Below are positions 7,491-17,581 of a DNA stretch of 64,000 bases, one piece after another. Position 1 is the first letter of the stretch. Each line of letters opens with the position of its first letter. Under the pieces are notes generated by a model. The model ran no database searches, was not told where the DNA came from, and was given only the letters and a program-made list of their open reading frames with translations. Position numbers and translations under genes: made by a program. Source of the DNA: Deltaproteobacteria bacterium (GTDB taxonomy: Bacteria > SAR324 > XYD2-FULL-50-16); the NCBI GenBank assembly GCA_018645005.1, contig JABGPJ010000073.1, positions 8,274 to 72,273 on the forward strand, given 5' to 3'.

Positions 7491-9965
7491 TCAGCGGCTT
7501 GCTGGGAAAATAATCGAAATAAACTGATTAATGAACCGAGTGATAAATTTCTGCTTTTTGGTATAGATATCCCAGTCCGTTTTTTCTTTCAACTCCTGTG
7601 CAAACACGTTCAATTTGACGTTATAAGAGAGCTGCATCGTTTTTAAAGCAAGGTTTTGCCTGGTATAAACAGTTCGCCTGTCTGTCGGCAGAGTCCGGCG
7701 CAACTCAGCCCGGTTTTCAAATTCCAGCTTTTTTTTCTTCCCCTTCCACTCATTTTCCAGGGAGTAGTATGCTTTTACTGCATTTTGAATCCCAAGACTT
7801 TCACTTTTGTAGGGACCCCGCACTTTCAGTTGAAAATAGGGACGTTTGGCCAGCAGTTGAAATAGATATGCCCCGTATCGTTGTCTTTCTTTTACAGAAT
7901 CATGTTTTTGAATCTGGTTTTTTCTAGCAATCTCAAAAAGAAGTCCGAGCAATTTTTCACTCCATTGAAAGACCAGTCTGTTTTTCTGGCTGGAAATTTT
8001 CAGAGGTTCTTCCAGCGGGACAAACTGAATCAGAACATCATTGGCATGCAGGCTTTTGATCAGGTTTTGGGAAAAAACATGTTGCCTCAATAACAGCTCA
8101 AACTGCTTTTTAAAAAGTTGCAGATCGTCGCTTTGCAGGGACAGGTTTATCAGGATATCAATCGTTGGCAGATGATAGCGGTCGTGTTGTTGAGAGATCA
8201 GGCCGAGCCGCTTGGCTTCTTCCAAGTTTCCGTCCATGGCTGCATGCAGCGTTTTTTTATAATCGAGATCCCGATAATGGGGAATGATGCGTTCGATAGT
8301 GTCGAGGGTGTTTTTTAGTGCCCGGTTTTTATGATACTTAATTTGTAAACGAGAGAGCTTGTCCAGTGCATAAATATCGGGTGTAAGCCTGACCAGTTCT
8401 TCTAATTTACCGGTCTGTATGTATGATGGGGGGTGATTCTGGATTCTAATATAGTGGTATTGACCTGCAATCCATGGCAGGAATATGGTCCAGATGACAA
8501 TTAATACGGCCAACGTCGGTAGACCGGATATCATTCTATTCCGCAGCACAGGGGCACTTTGTCCCGCCAGATTTTTACGGAGATGAATTTTATTGAGAAT
8601 CAAAATCAGTGCAATCAGCGTGTAGATGGGTAGTTTCATAACCATCATCCGGGGTGCCACAGAAAAGCTGCCATGGATATGATAGGCCAGAAAACCACCT
8701 GCGATGCCGATCCCCAACTTTATTTGTGTGGTGCTTGTGCTTGAGCTTCGCAGCAGTCTGATCAGCAGATAGATCAGATAAATCCAGAAGATGGTGAAGG
8801 CGATCAGGCCGATCAGCCCACTCTCCTGCACGTATTCCAATATTTCGGAATGCGCATGGTTATAGCTGTCTTCGAAGTGAAACAGTTTTGCGTCTGGATC
8901 GACGAAGGAGAAAAACAGGTTGTAAGAGCTCCCTAATCCAAAACCCACCCAGGGTGAGGATTTGATGGAGTTGATGGCGGTTTGCCACGGTAGCAGGCGG
9001 CCTAACCAAGCTTGGAGGGTAAAAAGCTGCGCGAACCTGGATTCCTTGAACAAGCCAGGATTGGCGTAAATGACGATGGTCAGGCTGGCTAAGATAATAA
9101 TCCCAACGCCATAAAAAATTAGAATCCGTTGACGCCAGTATCGAGGCGCAAAAAAATGAACGTAAAGATAACTGACCAGGGCCAAGCTCAACAAAAATGC
9201 CGCAATCGCCGCTCGGGTTTGTGCGAGTAACAGACTCACACTTCCAAATAAAAAAACAGTGGCGTAAAACCGATGGATTCGGGTATAGGTTGGCCGAGAG
9301 TCGATTTTAGCAGGGGCCTGAAAGAGGGTTTCCGGAATAGCGAAGATCAGCAAGGTTGGCAGGAGGATAATCAGGAATCCGGAAAAGTAATTTCGGTGCC
9401 CGAATGTTGCCTTGACCATCTGCACAGGCTCCTGCCAGGCTATTGGATGCAAACCGGTTCTTTCAAGAATGGACCAACAGCCATTGTAAATGACGGTGAT
9501 TCCGATAAAGAAGATGAATAGCCTTAGGTCATCTTCCTGCCTGACATTTCGATACAAATATACCACCCACAATAGCAGGACGAGATTTGTGGCCAGTTCA
9601 TAGCGAAAATTATAATTAAAACTCCACTGGTGCCATATCAACCCGGGAAAGGTTGCCAGAAGTGGGATTGCGATAATCCCCCAGATCTTCCAGGGAATCT
9701 GGTCATCGGTCGTAGTTGGGAAAAAGGGGATATTACGGAATGCAAAAAAAGTGACCCCCAGAATCACCAGCACGATTTTGTAGCTGTTCACATGATAGAA
9801 CATGTGGGAAGTCGAGGTGTTTACAAACAGGAAAATCAAGCCAGGGATGAGAAGAGGTGCGGAGAACCAATCTTTTATCGGGGTCAGTTTCATGCTAGAG
9901 AACAGGTTGAGTCTTGTAAAATTGGTTTTGAATTCCTGTTTATCGAGATTGATGTATTTAAGCAA
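7491..9965 (-). CDS. O-antigen ligase/polymerase (Wzy_C) family membrane protein with a large soluble C-terminal region
   Basis: About 12 hydrophobic helices with a Wzy_C-like loop (YNHAHSEILEYVQESGLIG), then ~330 aa of helical soluble sequence. The track start at 9965 is TTG; an alternative ATG lies at 9893. Confidence 0.7.
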   Translation of the reverse strand: MLKYINLDKQEFKTNFTRLNLFSSMKLTPIKDWFSAPLLIPGLIFLFVNTSTSHMFYHVNSYKIVLVILGVTFFAFRNIPFFPTTTDDQIPWKIWGIIAIPLLATFPGLIWHQWSFNYNFRYELATNLVLLLWVVYLYRNVRQEDDLRLFIFFIGITVIYNGCWSILERTGLHPIAWQEPVQMVKATFGHRNYFSGFLIILLPTLLIFAIPETLFQAPAKIDSRPTYTRIHRFYATVFLFGSVSLLLAQTRAAIAAFLLSLALVSYLYVHFFAPRYWRQRILIFYGVGIIILASLTIVIYANPGLFKESRFAQLFTLQAWLGRLLPWQTAINSIKSSPWVGFGLGSSYNLFFSFVDPDAKLFHFEDSYNHAHSEILEYVQESGLIGLIAFTIFWIYLIYLLIRLLRSSSTSTTQIKLGIGIAGGFLAYHIHGSFSVAPRMMVMKLPIYTLIALILILNKIHLRKNLAGQSAPVLRNRMISGLPTLAVLIVIWTIFLPWIAGQYHYIRIQNHPPSYIQTGKLEELVRLTPDIYALDKLSRLQIKYHKNRALKNTLDTIERIIPHYRDLDYKKTLHAAMDGNLEEAKRLGLISQQHDRYHLPTIDILINLSLQSDDLQLFKKQFELLLRQHVFSQNLIKSLHANDVLIQFVPLEEPLKISSQKNRLVFQWSEKLLGLLFEIARKNQIQKHDSVKERQRYGAYLFQLLAKRPYFQLKVRGPYKSESLGIQNAVKAYYSLENEWKGKKKKLEFENRAELRRTLPTDRRTVYTRQNLALKTMQLSYNVKLNVFAQELKEKTDWDIYTKKQKFITRFINQFISIIFPASR

Positions 9966-10423
9966 CCCCTAAAATGTTTTTTCAAAGATTTCATGTTTTT
10001 TGCATTTACTTCACGAACGAAATAGAATGACCCTGAAACTCAATGGTTGCGCCAAAAAACCAATTTGTAGGGTATCCCTGGATTCCCTTCAATGGCGGAG
10101 CAAAGTTGAATGAGCTTTTCTGAGAAACCATTTAAATAACCGAGGCGGGTCATGTTCATTTATTTTTGCGCTATAACAAATCTTCACTCACCTTTTGATT
10201 GAAAAAGGCTACCGTTTAAATACACTGGAAGTCTGAGTGGGACAAAAAGGCTATCCTGACAGGGACGGTTTTTTTTAGATAGCGGGAATCTCACCGTGCA
10301 GGCCTGAGGTTGATTGAATCTATGTCTGACAAGCTGGATTCGGGCAATGATATGATGGCTTTATCGTTAACAGCATTTGGCACGATGATATTCCGGTATT
10401 GATTAATTATTGTAAGGATTGTT

Positions 10424-11278
10424 TTGAATAACGCAGTTTTCCAGCTTCTTTATCAGTTTGAAGGAGCGGTCACCGAAAAACAGATAAGACAAGTACTGAA
10501 TTTAAATAGTCGCAGCGAAATCGATCAACTTCGCAACTTATTAGAGATCGATAAGCGATTTGTCAGGCCTAGTGACTCTGGTTGGACATGTACCCCACTG
10601 GAAATGCTTGTTGAAGATCGACCCATTTCGGAAATTGAGTTTGTTATCACTGATTTGGAAACAACCGGCTCTATTAAAGGAAAAGACAGAATTATCGAGA
10701 TAGCGGCCCTAAAAGTGAAGAATGGCCAGGTAATCGATAAATTTGAGTCACTGGTCGATCCACAGAAAAAAATACCCTGGCAGATTGTCAATCTAACAAA
10801 AATAAACAATGAAACAGTTGAGAATGCACCAATGATTGAGGAAGTTCTGCCACAATTCACTCAATTTGCTGAAAATGGTATTTTTGTCGCTCATAACTCT
10901 CTTTTTGACTACTCATTCATCATGTCGGAATTGGAGCGTCTTAATCTGAAAGTTTTTAACCCACAGATAGAGATTTGTACCTTTCGGCTGGCTAGAAAAC
11001 TGTTGCCGAATGTCAGAGCGCGTGGCATCAGTGGGTTGTGCATCTATTTCGATTATGAGATGGAAAACCGGCACCGGGCCATGTCTGATGTGCTGGCAAC
11101 AAAGTTCTTTCTGGATCGCTTTTTACAGCAACTGGAAAAAATGGACATTAAAACGCTCTATCAACTGATAGAGTTTCAAAAGGATCGCATGACGAAGAAA
11201 GAGTTGATCAAGCGCATTAAACGCCTGCGGAAAAAACGCTCCAAGGCGACGATAACAAAACTGGTTATCCCGAACTGA
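10424..11278 (+). CDS. DnaQ-like (DEDDh) 3'-5' exonuclease domain protein
   Basis: Exo motifs VITDLETTG, VAHNSLFDYSF and HRAMSDV are present. It has an N-terminal ~70-aa extension and a basic C-terminal tail. The start is TTG with AAGGA upstream. Confidence 0.8.
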   Translation: MNNAVFQLLYQFEGAVTEKQIRQVLNLNSRSEIDQLRNLLEIDKRFVRPSDSGWTCTPLEMLVEDRPISEIEFVITDLETTGSIKGKDRIIEIAALKVKNGQVIDKFESLVDPQKKIPWQIVNLTKINNETVENAPMIEEVLPQFTQFAENGIFVAHNSLFDYSFIMSELERLNLKVFNPQIEICTFRLARKLLPNVRARGISGLCIYFDYEMENRHRAMSDVLATKFFLDRFLQQLEKMDIKTLYQLIEFQKDRMTKKELIKRIKRLRKKRSKATITKLVIPN

Positions 11279-11336
11279 TTTGATGTGAAATGATCTGTTC
11301 AGCTAGAATTAATAAGGCCCAAAAATTTTGGCGGAG

Positions 11337-11479
11337 TTTGGGATCGTACAAAAATAACTTGGCATACTCTGTCCGCAAAAGTCCCGTAAAGACTGGACAT
11401 TTTGCGGACAAAATGCCAAGTCAACGCGTTTCCTAGACGCTAATGGGAAACGCTTGAGTAATTTTTAAGCCAACCCTTA
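11337..11479 (+). repeat. Palindromic MITE/REP-like repeat, copy 2 (carries a 38-nt nested hairpin insertion at 11422-11459)
   Basis: It has the same ends and core as copy 1. The extra segment caacGCGTTTCCtagacgctaatgGGAAACGCttgagt forms an 8-bp stem. Confidence 0.8.
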
Positions 11480-11521
11480 GGCAAAACCAAGTGGCGTTTT
11501 TCTCAATTCAAACTGTTTCCA

Positions 11522-13276
11522 ATGCAAGAGCATACATTGTCACCCACTCATCTGAAACTGATACAGCGACTGGCTCAAACCGGAAACCTTTCCGTGGAGA
11601 GTCTGATTGAGCAATGGAACTCAGCCCTGGCAAAGCAAGCGACATTTCGAGAACATCTCCTCAAATTAGGTGCTATCAGCGAAAAGGTGTTCCAGGAAGC
11701 TGTCAGCGATATTGTCAAACTTCCCTTTGTAGATCGGCTGCCCCAGCTGATGCCGAATTTTCAGAATGCGTTTACCCAGGCGGTTCCCATCCGCTTTGCA
11801 AAAAAGTACCTGTTTTACCCTTATGAATTTGATGATGAAAAACTGGTATTCGTAGTTATCAATCCCTGGCCAAGCGTCATCTACGAAGAAGCTGCCCGGG
11901 CCTTGAAACGGCAGTCGTTTTCTTTGGTGGTTTCGACGGAGAAGGTGATTCTCGACACGATCAATCTGAGTTATGACCGAAATTCAAGTTCGGCTGAAGA
12001 AGCGGCGGAGGTTCTGGAGGATGACGCTGATCTAGCTTACCTGGACCATTTCTCAGTGGATGAAACCGAAGATTTGCTCGATGCAGAAGATGAAGAGCCT
12101 ATTAAAAAACTGATGAATTCCATTCTGGTTCAGTCGGTCAGAGATCAAAGTTCGGATATTCATATTGATCCCAGCCCTAAAGAGACCATTGTTCGCAATC
12201 GAATTGATGGCGTACTGCATAAAATAACCACAGTGCCTAAAGCGGGGCATATTCCCCTGGTCAATCGAGTGAAAGTGATGGCTGGCCTCGATATTTCAGC
12301 TAAAAACAAGCCTCAGGACGGCCGGACAATGATTATCCACGCCGGCCGAAAAATTGATATCAGGGTTTCGACAATTCCAACTGTTCACGGTGAACAGGCA
12401 GTTTTACGTCTCTTGAACCAGAGTCAGGGAATTATACCCCTCAAGGAACTTGGGATGGCTGAAGATATCGCTGAACAGATGGAAGTTCTGGTACGTCAAC
12501 CCCACGGTATTATCCTGGTGACCGGACCAACCGGATCTGGTAAGACAACCAGCCTCTATTCCGCCTTAAACCGGATTAATGCAAACGAAAAAAATATTGT
12601 TACCATCGAAGACCCGGTTGAGTATCGGATTAACAACTATGGGCAAATGCAGGTCAACGAAAAAATTGGGGTCACATTCGCCAAAGGTCTGAGAGCTATG
12701 CTGAGACAAGACCCTGATGTGATTATGATTGGAGAAATGAGGGATACGGAGACGGCCCAGATTGCCATTCAGGCATCTCTGACGGGGCATCTGGTCCTGA
12801 GTACGATTCATACCAACGAAGCCGCAGCGACCGTGATTCGCCTGATAGATATGGGAATTGAACCCTATCTGGTCACCAGCACCGTCACGGCAGTTTTGGC
12901 TCAGAGACTGGTTCGAAAAGTATGCAGCCACTGCAAAGCACCATATTCCATAGGAAAGGACAGGCTTCTCAAATTGGGTTTTAGCAGTCAGTTGCTGGAA
13001 ACTCATTTTTCAGGGACGCTCTGGAAGGGCGACGGTTGCCATCGCTGTCTGCAGACGGGATATCAGGGACGAATCGGTGTATTTGAGCTGTTGTTGATGA
13101 ATGATGAAATCCGCAAGGCAATCAATAAATCGACAGATGCCGCCGCGGTGAAGCAAGCTGCACTTTCAACAGGGATGAAAGGTATCAAATATGATGTTTG
13201 TCATAAAGTTCTGACAGGCGAGACAACTGTTGAAGAAATGTTACGGGTGGTTATTACTGAATCTGGAAAATCGTAA
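11522..13276 (+). CDS. GspE/PilB family secretion ATPase (type II secretion / type IV pilus assembly)
   Basis: T2SSE_N-like N-terminus, Walker A GPTGSGKTT, Walker B VIMIGEMRD, His box LSTIHTN and a tetracysteine motif CSHC...CHRC. No other gsp/pil genes are adjacent. Confidence 0.9.
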   Translation: MQEHTLSPTHLKLIQRLAQTGNLSVESLIEQWNSALAKQATFREHLLKLGAISEKVFQEAVSDIVKLPFVDRLPQLMPNFQNAFTQAVPIRFAKKYLFYPYEFDDEKLVFVVINPWPSVIYEEAARALKRQSFSLVVSTEKVILDTINLSYDRNSSSAEEAAEVLEDDADLAYLDHFSVDETEDLLDAEDEEPIKKLMNSILVQSVRDQSSDIHIDPSPKETIVRNRIDGVLHKITTVPKAGHIPLVNRVKVMAGLDISAKNKPQDGRTMIIHAGRKIDIRVSTIPTVHGEQAVLRLLNQSQGIIPLKELGMAEDIAEQMEVLVRQPHGIILVTGPTGSGKTTSLYSALNRINANEKNIVTIEDPVEYRINNYGQMQVNEKIGVTFAKGLRAMLRQDPDVIMIGEMRDTETAQIAIQASLTGHLVLSTIHTNEAAATVIRLIDMGIEPYLVTSTVTAVLAQRLVRKVCSHCKAPYSIGKDRLLKLGFSSQLLETHFSGTLWKGDGCHRCLQTGYQGRIGVFELLLMNDEIRKAINKSTDAAAVKQAALSTGMKGIKYDVCHKVLTGETTVEEMLRVVITESGKS

Positions 13277-13400
13277 CTGTTTCAGCTCCGGTTGATCCAG
13301 CGGAGCAACATTTCGATTTTAGATGGGTTGAATAAGTAATTGAATACTGATAGTTATTGGTTTAGGAACAGAAAATCAGCAAATAGAATATTGAGGAGAT

Positions 13401-15089
13401 ATGTTAAATAGAAACCTTCAAGAGTCTACCATGCCAGCATATAATTTTCGCTTGGTGTTTAAAGCGCTGTTAGTAGTTGGATTTATTATTGTGTCTTGCG
13501 TTGCACTCATAAATTTCTTTTTTCTGGATAAGATCGCTGCGACAAATGTCAGGCAGATAAAAGAAATGGCCGAAACGACATCGGTGATTGTGTCGGATCT
13601 GGCTCTCAGTAGTTTTTATAGCAGGGATAAAACTCAAATCATCAATGTGCTGGATACAGTTACGAAACAGGATAGCAGCCATGAATCGGGCTTATTGCAA
13701 ATTTCAGTGATACTATTCCCGAGTGGGGTCTATTATGCGTCAACAAATAAAGAGTTTCAAAACAGGAAAGCGGGCCGGACCCTCCTGAAGAAAATTGAAT
13801 TGAACGAGGAAAAGCAGACTGTGGCTGAGTTGCTGAACTATGAAGTCAATAGTCGTTCAATGACAGTTCTACAATTCCTGAGAAATATCATTGTCAGTCA
13901 GAATGGCGAAGAAAAAAGGGTTGCCACCGTACAGGTTCTATTCGATTTTAACAAAATACTAAAAAAGTCAAGAGAGACACTTTTTATAATGGGTGGACTG
14001 ATTCTCCTCTTGTGCTCTGCACTGATCTTCATCCTTTATCTACCGATTTCAAGGACCTATACGAAGTTGTATGAGGGAATGGCTGAGGTAACAGGGAACA
14101 ATTTTAGTTTTTCCCTCTTGAGTCGAACCGGTGATGAGACAGGCATTCTGTTTGGCGCGTTTAATCGGATGAATCGTCACCTGCAAAATTATTTCAAGAA
14201 AGGTCAGGATTCTCACATAGAATCTCTTCAGGAAGGGAATGAGATAAAAAGTGTCCCTGCTGAGCATCTGCTGAGGAAAACTGAGATTACCTGTTTATGT
14301 GCCAGAATTCCGGACATTCAGGAGGTTATTGAAAAAAGTGCACCCAGCGCGGTGGATGAATATATCACCAAATTTATCGATCCGTTTGAAAAAATCGTGC
14401 AGGAATATGGCGGCCAAATTACTAAAATTCTGGGGGACAAGGTTTATACTCTGTTCGAAGGAATAAACAGCATGGATAATTCTGTTAGAATGGCGCTTAA
14501 GATCACTCATATCTGGCAGATGGCTAATCATGAACAGAAGGTCTTGAATCGCAAACTTAACAACTATGGAATCGGCCTTCATTCGACAGAGAGTATCGCT
14601 GGTTCACTAAGTCGTATGTCAGGCAGTTACACATTTATCGGCGAAGCTGCCAGTATTGCAGAAAGACTTTGTGACTGCGCTCAGATGGCGGAAATTCTGA
14701 TCAGTTCTTCCATGATGGATAAAACATCGGGGGCATACCAGCATCAGGTCGTAAAACCGATGGCAATAGAAGACCTGAAAATGAGCGCGGACGTGATATT
14801 GATTACAGCACTGCCCACGGATAGTATCCACACCGAGATGCCGTTTGAAGCTGGACTGGCTGATGGCGGTGGGATCGAAATTTCAAAGTCCTCTTTTGAA
14901 TCTTCGATTACGGATATGCTGGAAGAAACATTGATAACATCCCCTTTGGAACCCTTGAAAAAGGAAGATCTATCCAATCCGGATGTTGAGAATGGCTTTT
15001 CGGATTCGGGCATCACCGGGGAAACATTCGGCGACGTTTCCGATTCCCTGTGGGAGAAGTTTGGATCGGCAAAAAAGGAAGGTAGTTGA
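13401..15089 (+). CDS. Membrane sensor with HAMP and a degenerate class III cyclase-homology domain
   Basis: Two TM segments flank a ~170-aa extracytoplasmic region. The HAMP domain reads GDETGILFGAFNRMNRHLQ. The cyclase-like domain reads LCARIPDIQ...ILGDKVYTLFEG...IGEAASIAERL, and its first metal-binding Asp and the catalytic Asn are replaced. Confidence 0.7.
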   Translation: MLNRNLQESTMPAYNFRLVFKALLVVGFIIVSCVALINFFFLDKIAATNVRQIKEMAETTSVIVSDLALSSFYSRDKTQIINVLDTVTKQDSSHESGLLQISVILFPSGVYYASTNKEFQNRKAGRTLLKKIELNEEKQTVAELLNYEVNSRSMTVLQFLRNIIVSQNGEEKRVATVQVLFDFNKILKKSRETLFIMGGLILLLCSALIFILYLPISRTYTKLYEGMAEVTGNNFSFSLLSRTGDETGILFGAFNRMNRHLQNYFKKGQDSHIESLQEGNEIKSVPAEHLLRKTEITCLCARIPDIQEVIEKSAPSAVDEYITKFIDPFEKIVQEYGGQITKILGDKVYTLFEGINSMDNSVRMALKITHIWQMANHEQKVLNRKLNNYGIGLHSTESIAGSLSRMSGSYTFIGEAASIAERLCDCAQMAEILISSSMMDKTSGAYQHQVVKPMAIEDLKMSADVILITALPTDSIHTEMPFEAGLADGGGIEISKSSFESSITDMLEETLITSPLEPLKKEDLSNPDVENGFSDSGITGETFGDVSDSLWEKFGSAKKEGS

Positions 15090-15121
15090 GAGACTGTATG
15101 TCGAGGCGAAGCTGATATCGG

Positions 15122-15898
15122 CTATATAATTGTGTAATCCGCACGTGCGGTGATACTGTAAATGAAAATGCCTATGAGTTCATGAATGACAAGATTGGCC
15201 TTCGCCAATGAAACGCTGGCAGGAAGAAAACTTCTAAAATCGTTCTCCATGTTCCCAGCCATATAATCCACAGGATAAATGTCCACATCAAGTCCAACTT
15301 TTTTAAAGCAACCACGGGCACGAAACATGTGAAAAGCGGAAGTGACCAAGAGCAGTTTTTTCATTTTGCGGTTCTCAAGCAGCTTGGCGGTCATGACTGC
15401 ATTTTCATAGGTGTTGCGTGATGCGTCGTCGATCAGAATCTGCTTCTGACTCAAGCCCCATTGCAGGGAAAAATCCCTGAGAACTCTTGCTTCCGGGTTG
15501 TTTTGCTGGAGGAGAGACCCGTCACCACCTGATATAATCAGAACATCAGCTCTGCCTTGTTTGACCAGGTTTATACCTGCCAGAATCCGATCAACAGCTC
15601 CAGAAAATTCGATCCGGTCAACATCACTGTTTCCGTCATCTGTCATGCCACTGAGAACAATGACAGCGTCATAGTGATCCTGTAGTCGGGACGGTTTTTC
15701 AATATGCTCCAGCCGATATAGCAGACTGTCGGCGAAATAACCGGTGGAGAAAAGATAGAGCACGAAAAAAATTGGATAGAGAATCAAACGGGTGGATATT
15801 CGCTTTGTACCTTTTAACAGGAAAAACAGCAGCAATACCAGAATGATGAAGAGGGGATCAATCAGAAAAGTAATCATCTTGGAAATGTAAAAAAACAT
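15122..15898 (-). CDS. YdcF/ElyC (DUF218) family protein
   Basis: N-terminal TM helices followed by VIVLSG...ISGG...SRNTYENA...LVTSAFHMFRA, the characteristic DUF218 motifs. Confidence 0.75.
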   Translation of the reverse strand: MFFYISKMITFLIDPLFIILVLLLFFLLKGTKRISTRLILYPIFFVLYLFSTGYFADSLLYRLEHIEKPSRLQDHYDAVIVLSGMTDDGNSDVDRIEFSGAVDRILAGINLVKQGRADVLIISGGDGSLLQQNNPEARVLRDFSLQWGLSQKQILIDDASRNTYENAVMTAKLLENRKMKKLLLVTSAFHMFRARGCFKKVGLDVDIYPVDYMAGNMENDFRSFLPASVSLAKANLVIHELIGIFIYSITARADYTII

Positions 15899-15948
15899 CC
15901 AGCCTCTTCCAGTTATAAAGGAAAATGAATAAAGTGAGAGAAAGTCAG

Positions 15949-16707
15949 TTAGAATCGGTAGTAACCGCTCAAGGCGATGGTAATCCCGCTGAAATCGAGA
16001 TTGACACTGTCACCCGGGTCCTGGTCGAATGGATCGTTTGATGTTTTGACACTATTGGCGGTGACCGCTCGAAATTCGGTCACCAGTCCCCCCCGTTCCC
16101 CGAGTTTAACCTGAACCCCGACGTTACGTGAGACTGAAAATCCTACAAAGTTCGTTGTAAATTTTTCGCCACCCACCTTTGTCGTTTTGAAATCACCCAA
16201 AATAAGGCCCCAGCTAATTCCGAAAAACGGGTGTAGTAACTCTTCGAACGGGTCCATGAAGAACAGCCGGATCTTGAAATTGGTCAGGTATACGTCCATG
16301 TTAATGGCGGGACCGGTGACAACATCGGCATCGCCTGCATATACATCTTCGGATGTAGATGAAAAATTGATGAACTCAGCCCCATAGGCCATTCCGGGCA
16401 TATATTGAAAATCCAGTGGCATAATCCGGATCCAGCCGAAATTAAGCACGCCTGCTGGTGAATTTCCCCCTGCAAAAATGCTGTTTCCTGAAAACTGATA
16501 ATAAATGCTTTCAGTAAACCCATAGTTGAACAGCCCCCAGTTAAACTGATCGGGGTAATTTCCGGCAAGTCCTGCTTGACCAGCATTGGGCTGTCCAGGG
16601 ACAAGCGGAGCGTCGACATAGATGTCTTCCTGAGCTGCGACAGTCGCGGTCATCGCTATCAGCAGCATCGTTGCAGCCAGAATTTTAAAAAACCTTTTTT
16701 TCCGCAT
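15949..16707 (-). CDS. Outer-membrane beta-barrel protein (putative)
   Basis: Signal peptide MRKKRFFKILAATMLLIAMTATVAAQ, Gly/aromatic-rich alternating strands and a C-terminal ...SGYYRF aromatic terminus. Confidence 0.55.
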   Translation of the reverse strand: MRKKRFFKILAATMLLIAMTATVAAQEDIYVDAPLVPGQPNAGQAGLAGNYPDQFNWGLFNYGFTESIYYQFSGNSIFAGGNSPAGVLNFGWIRIMPLDFQYMPGMAYGAEFINFSSTSEDVYAGDADVVTGPAINMDVYLTNFKIRLFFMDPFEELLHPFFGISWGLILGDFKTTKVGGEKFTTNFVGFSVSRNVGVQVKLGERGGLVTEFRAVTANSVKTSNDPFDQDPGDSVNLDFSGITIALSGYYRF

Positions 16708-16792
16708 ACAAGGTTGTTGATTGAGTGTCTGGTCGTACAGAAAATGGTTTTACCAGGGGGTATAGACTCCGTCTGGTTGATGTTAGAAGATG

Positions 16793-17416
16793 TTACTCGA
16801 GAAATCTACCAATCCGATCGAACCGGTATCCGGAAAAAAGGCTTTGCTGAGGGTCGTGGGACCAATAGATAATCACCCCTTTTCCTTCTGCCGAGCTTTC
16901 ATCGACGAATCCCCATGAACGGCTGTCTTTGGAATTTCTCCGATTATCGCCCATTGCCCAGAGTTTCCCTTCTGGTACTGTCACCTTGATGTGCTCCGGC
17001 AGTGTCATCAGACTATTGTCATAGTAAACGAAATCTGCTTTTTCCACTTCTCCATTGATATACACCGTTTCACCAATAACTTCAACTGTATCACCACCCA
17101 CGGCAACGATTCGCTTGATAAAATCGATCGACGGGTCTTCAGGATAGGGAAAAACGACAATGTCGTTGCGCTCAACTTTATCAGGAAAAAGTTTGATATC
17201 CGTAAATGGAACGACAAATCCATAAGCATGCTTACTGACAAATAGGTGATCTCCAATCTCAATGGTGTGGATCATCGAGCCGGTTGGAACGCGGTAGGGA
17301 GCGTAGAGCCAGGTTCGAAATATCATAGCGACGATCAAAGCAAAAATCAGTGCTTCAACCCACTCCCTGATTGTTTTGTTTTTTATTATTCGTTCCAGAT
17401 TGATAATTTTCTTCAT
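16793..17416 (-). CDS. lepB: Signal peptidase I
   Basis: An N-terminal TM segment, the catalytic Ser box PTGSMIHTI, RIVAVGGDTV and GDNRRNSKDSR. Confidence 0.9.
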   Translation of the reverse strand: MKKIINLERIIKNKTIREWVEALIFALIVAMIFRTWLYAPYRVPTGSMIHTIEIGDHLFVSKHAYGFVVPFTDIKLFPDKVERNDIVVFPYPEDPSIDFIKRIVAVGGDTVEVIGETVYINGEVEKADFVYYDNSLMTLPEHIKVTVPEGKLWAMGDNRRNSKDSRSWGFVDESSAEGKGVIIYWSHDPQQSLFSGYRFDRIGRFLE

Positions 17417-17581
17417 GGGTTACCTTCAATAAAAGTCTTTGTAGATTTATGTCTATATTGTTCAACCAGTATAGCGAATATTTTTGATCTTTATCTAAAT
17501 AAAAGTTCAGATGTTTGATTTAAAAAGGTTATCCACCAAGGTCGGCCAGGCGGCCATCCCTGTCTGAATTTGATACGATGA

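Noticed and set aside
10378-10394. Sigma-54-like TGGCACGatgaTATTC upstream of the DnaQ-like gene
   Set aside because: The -24 element is good, but the -12 GC dinucleotide is missing (TATTC), so this is not a credible RpoN promoter.
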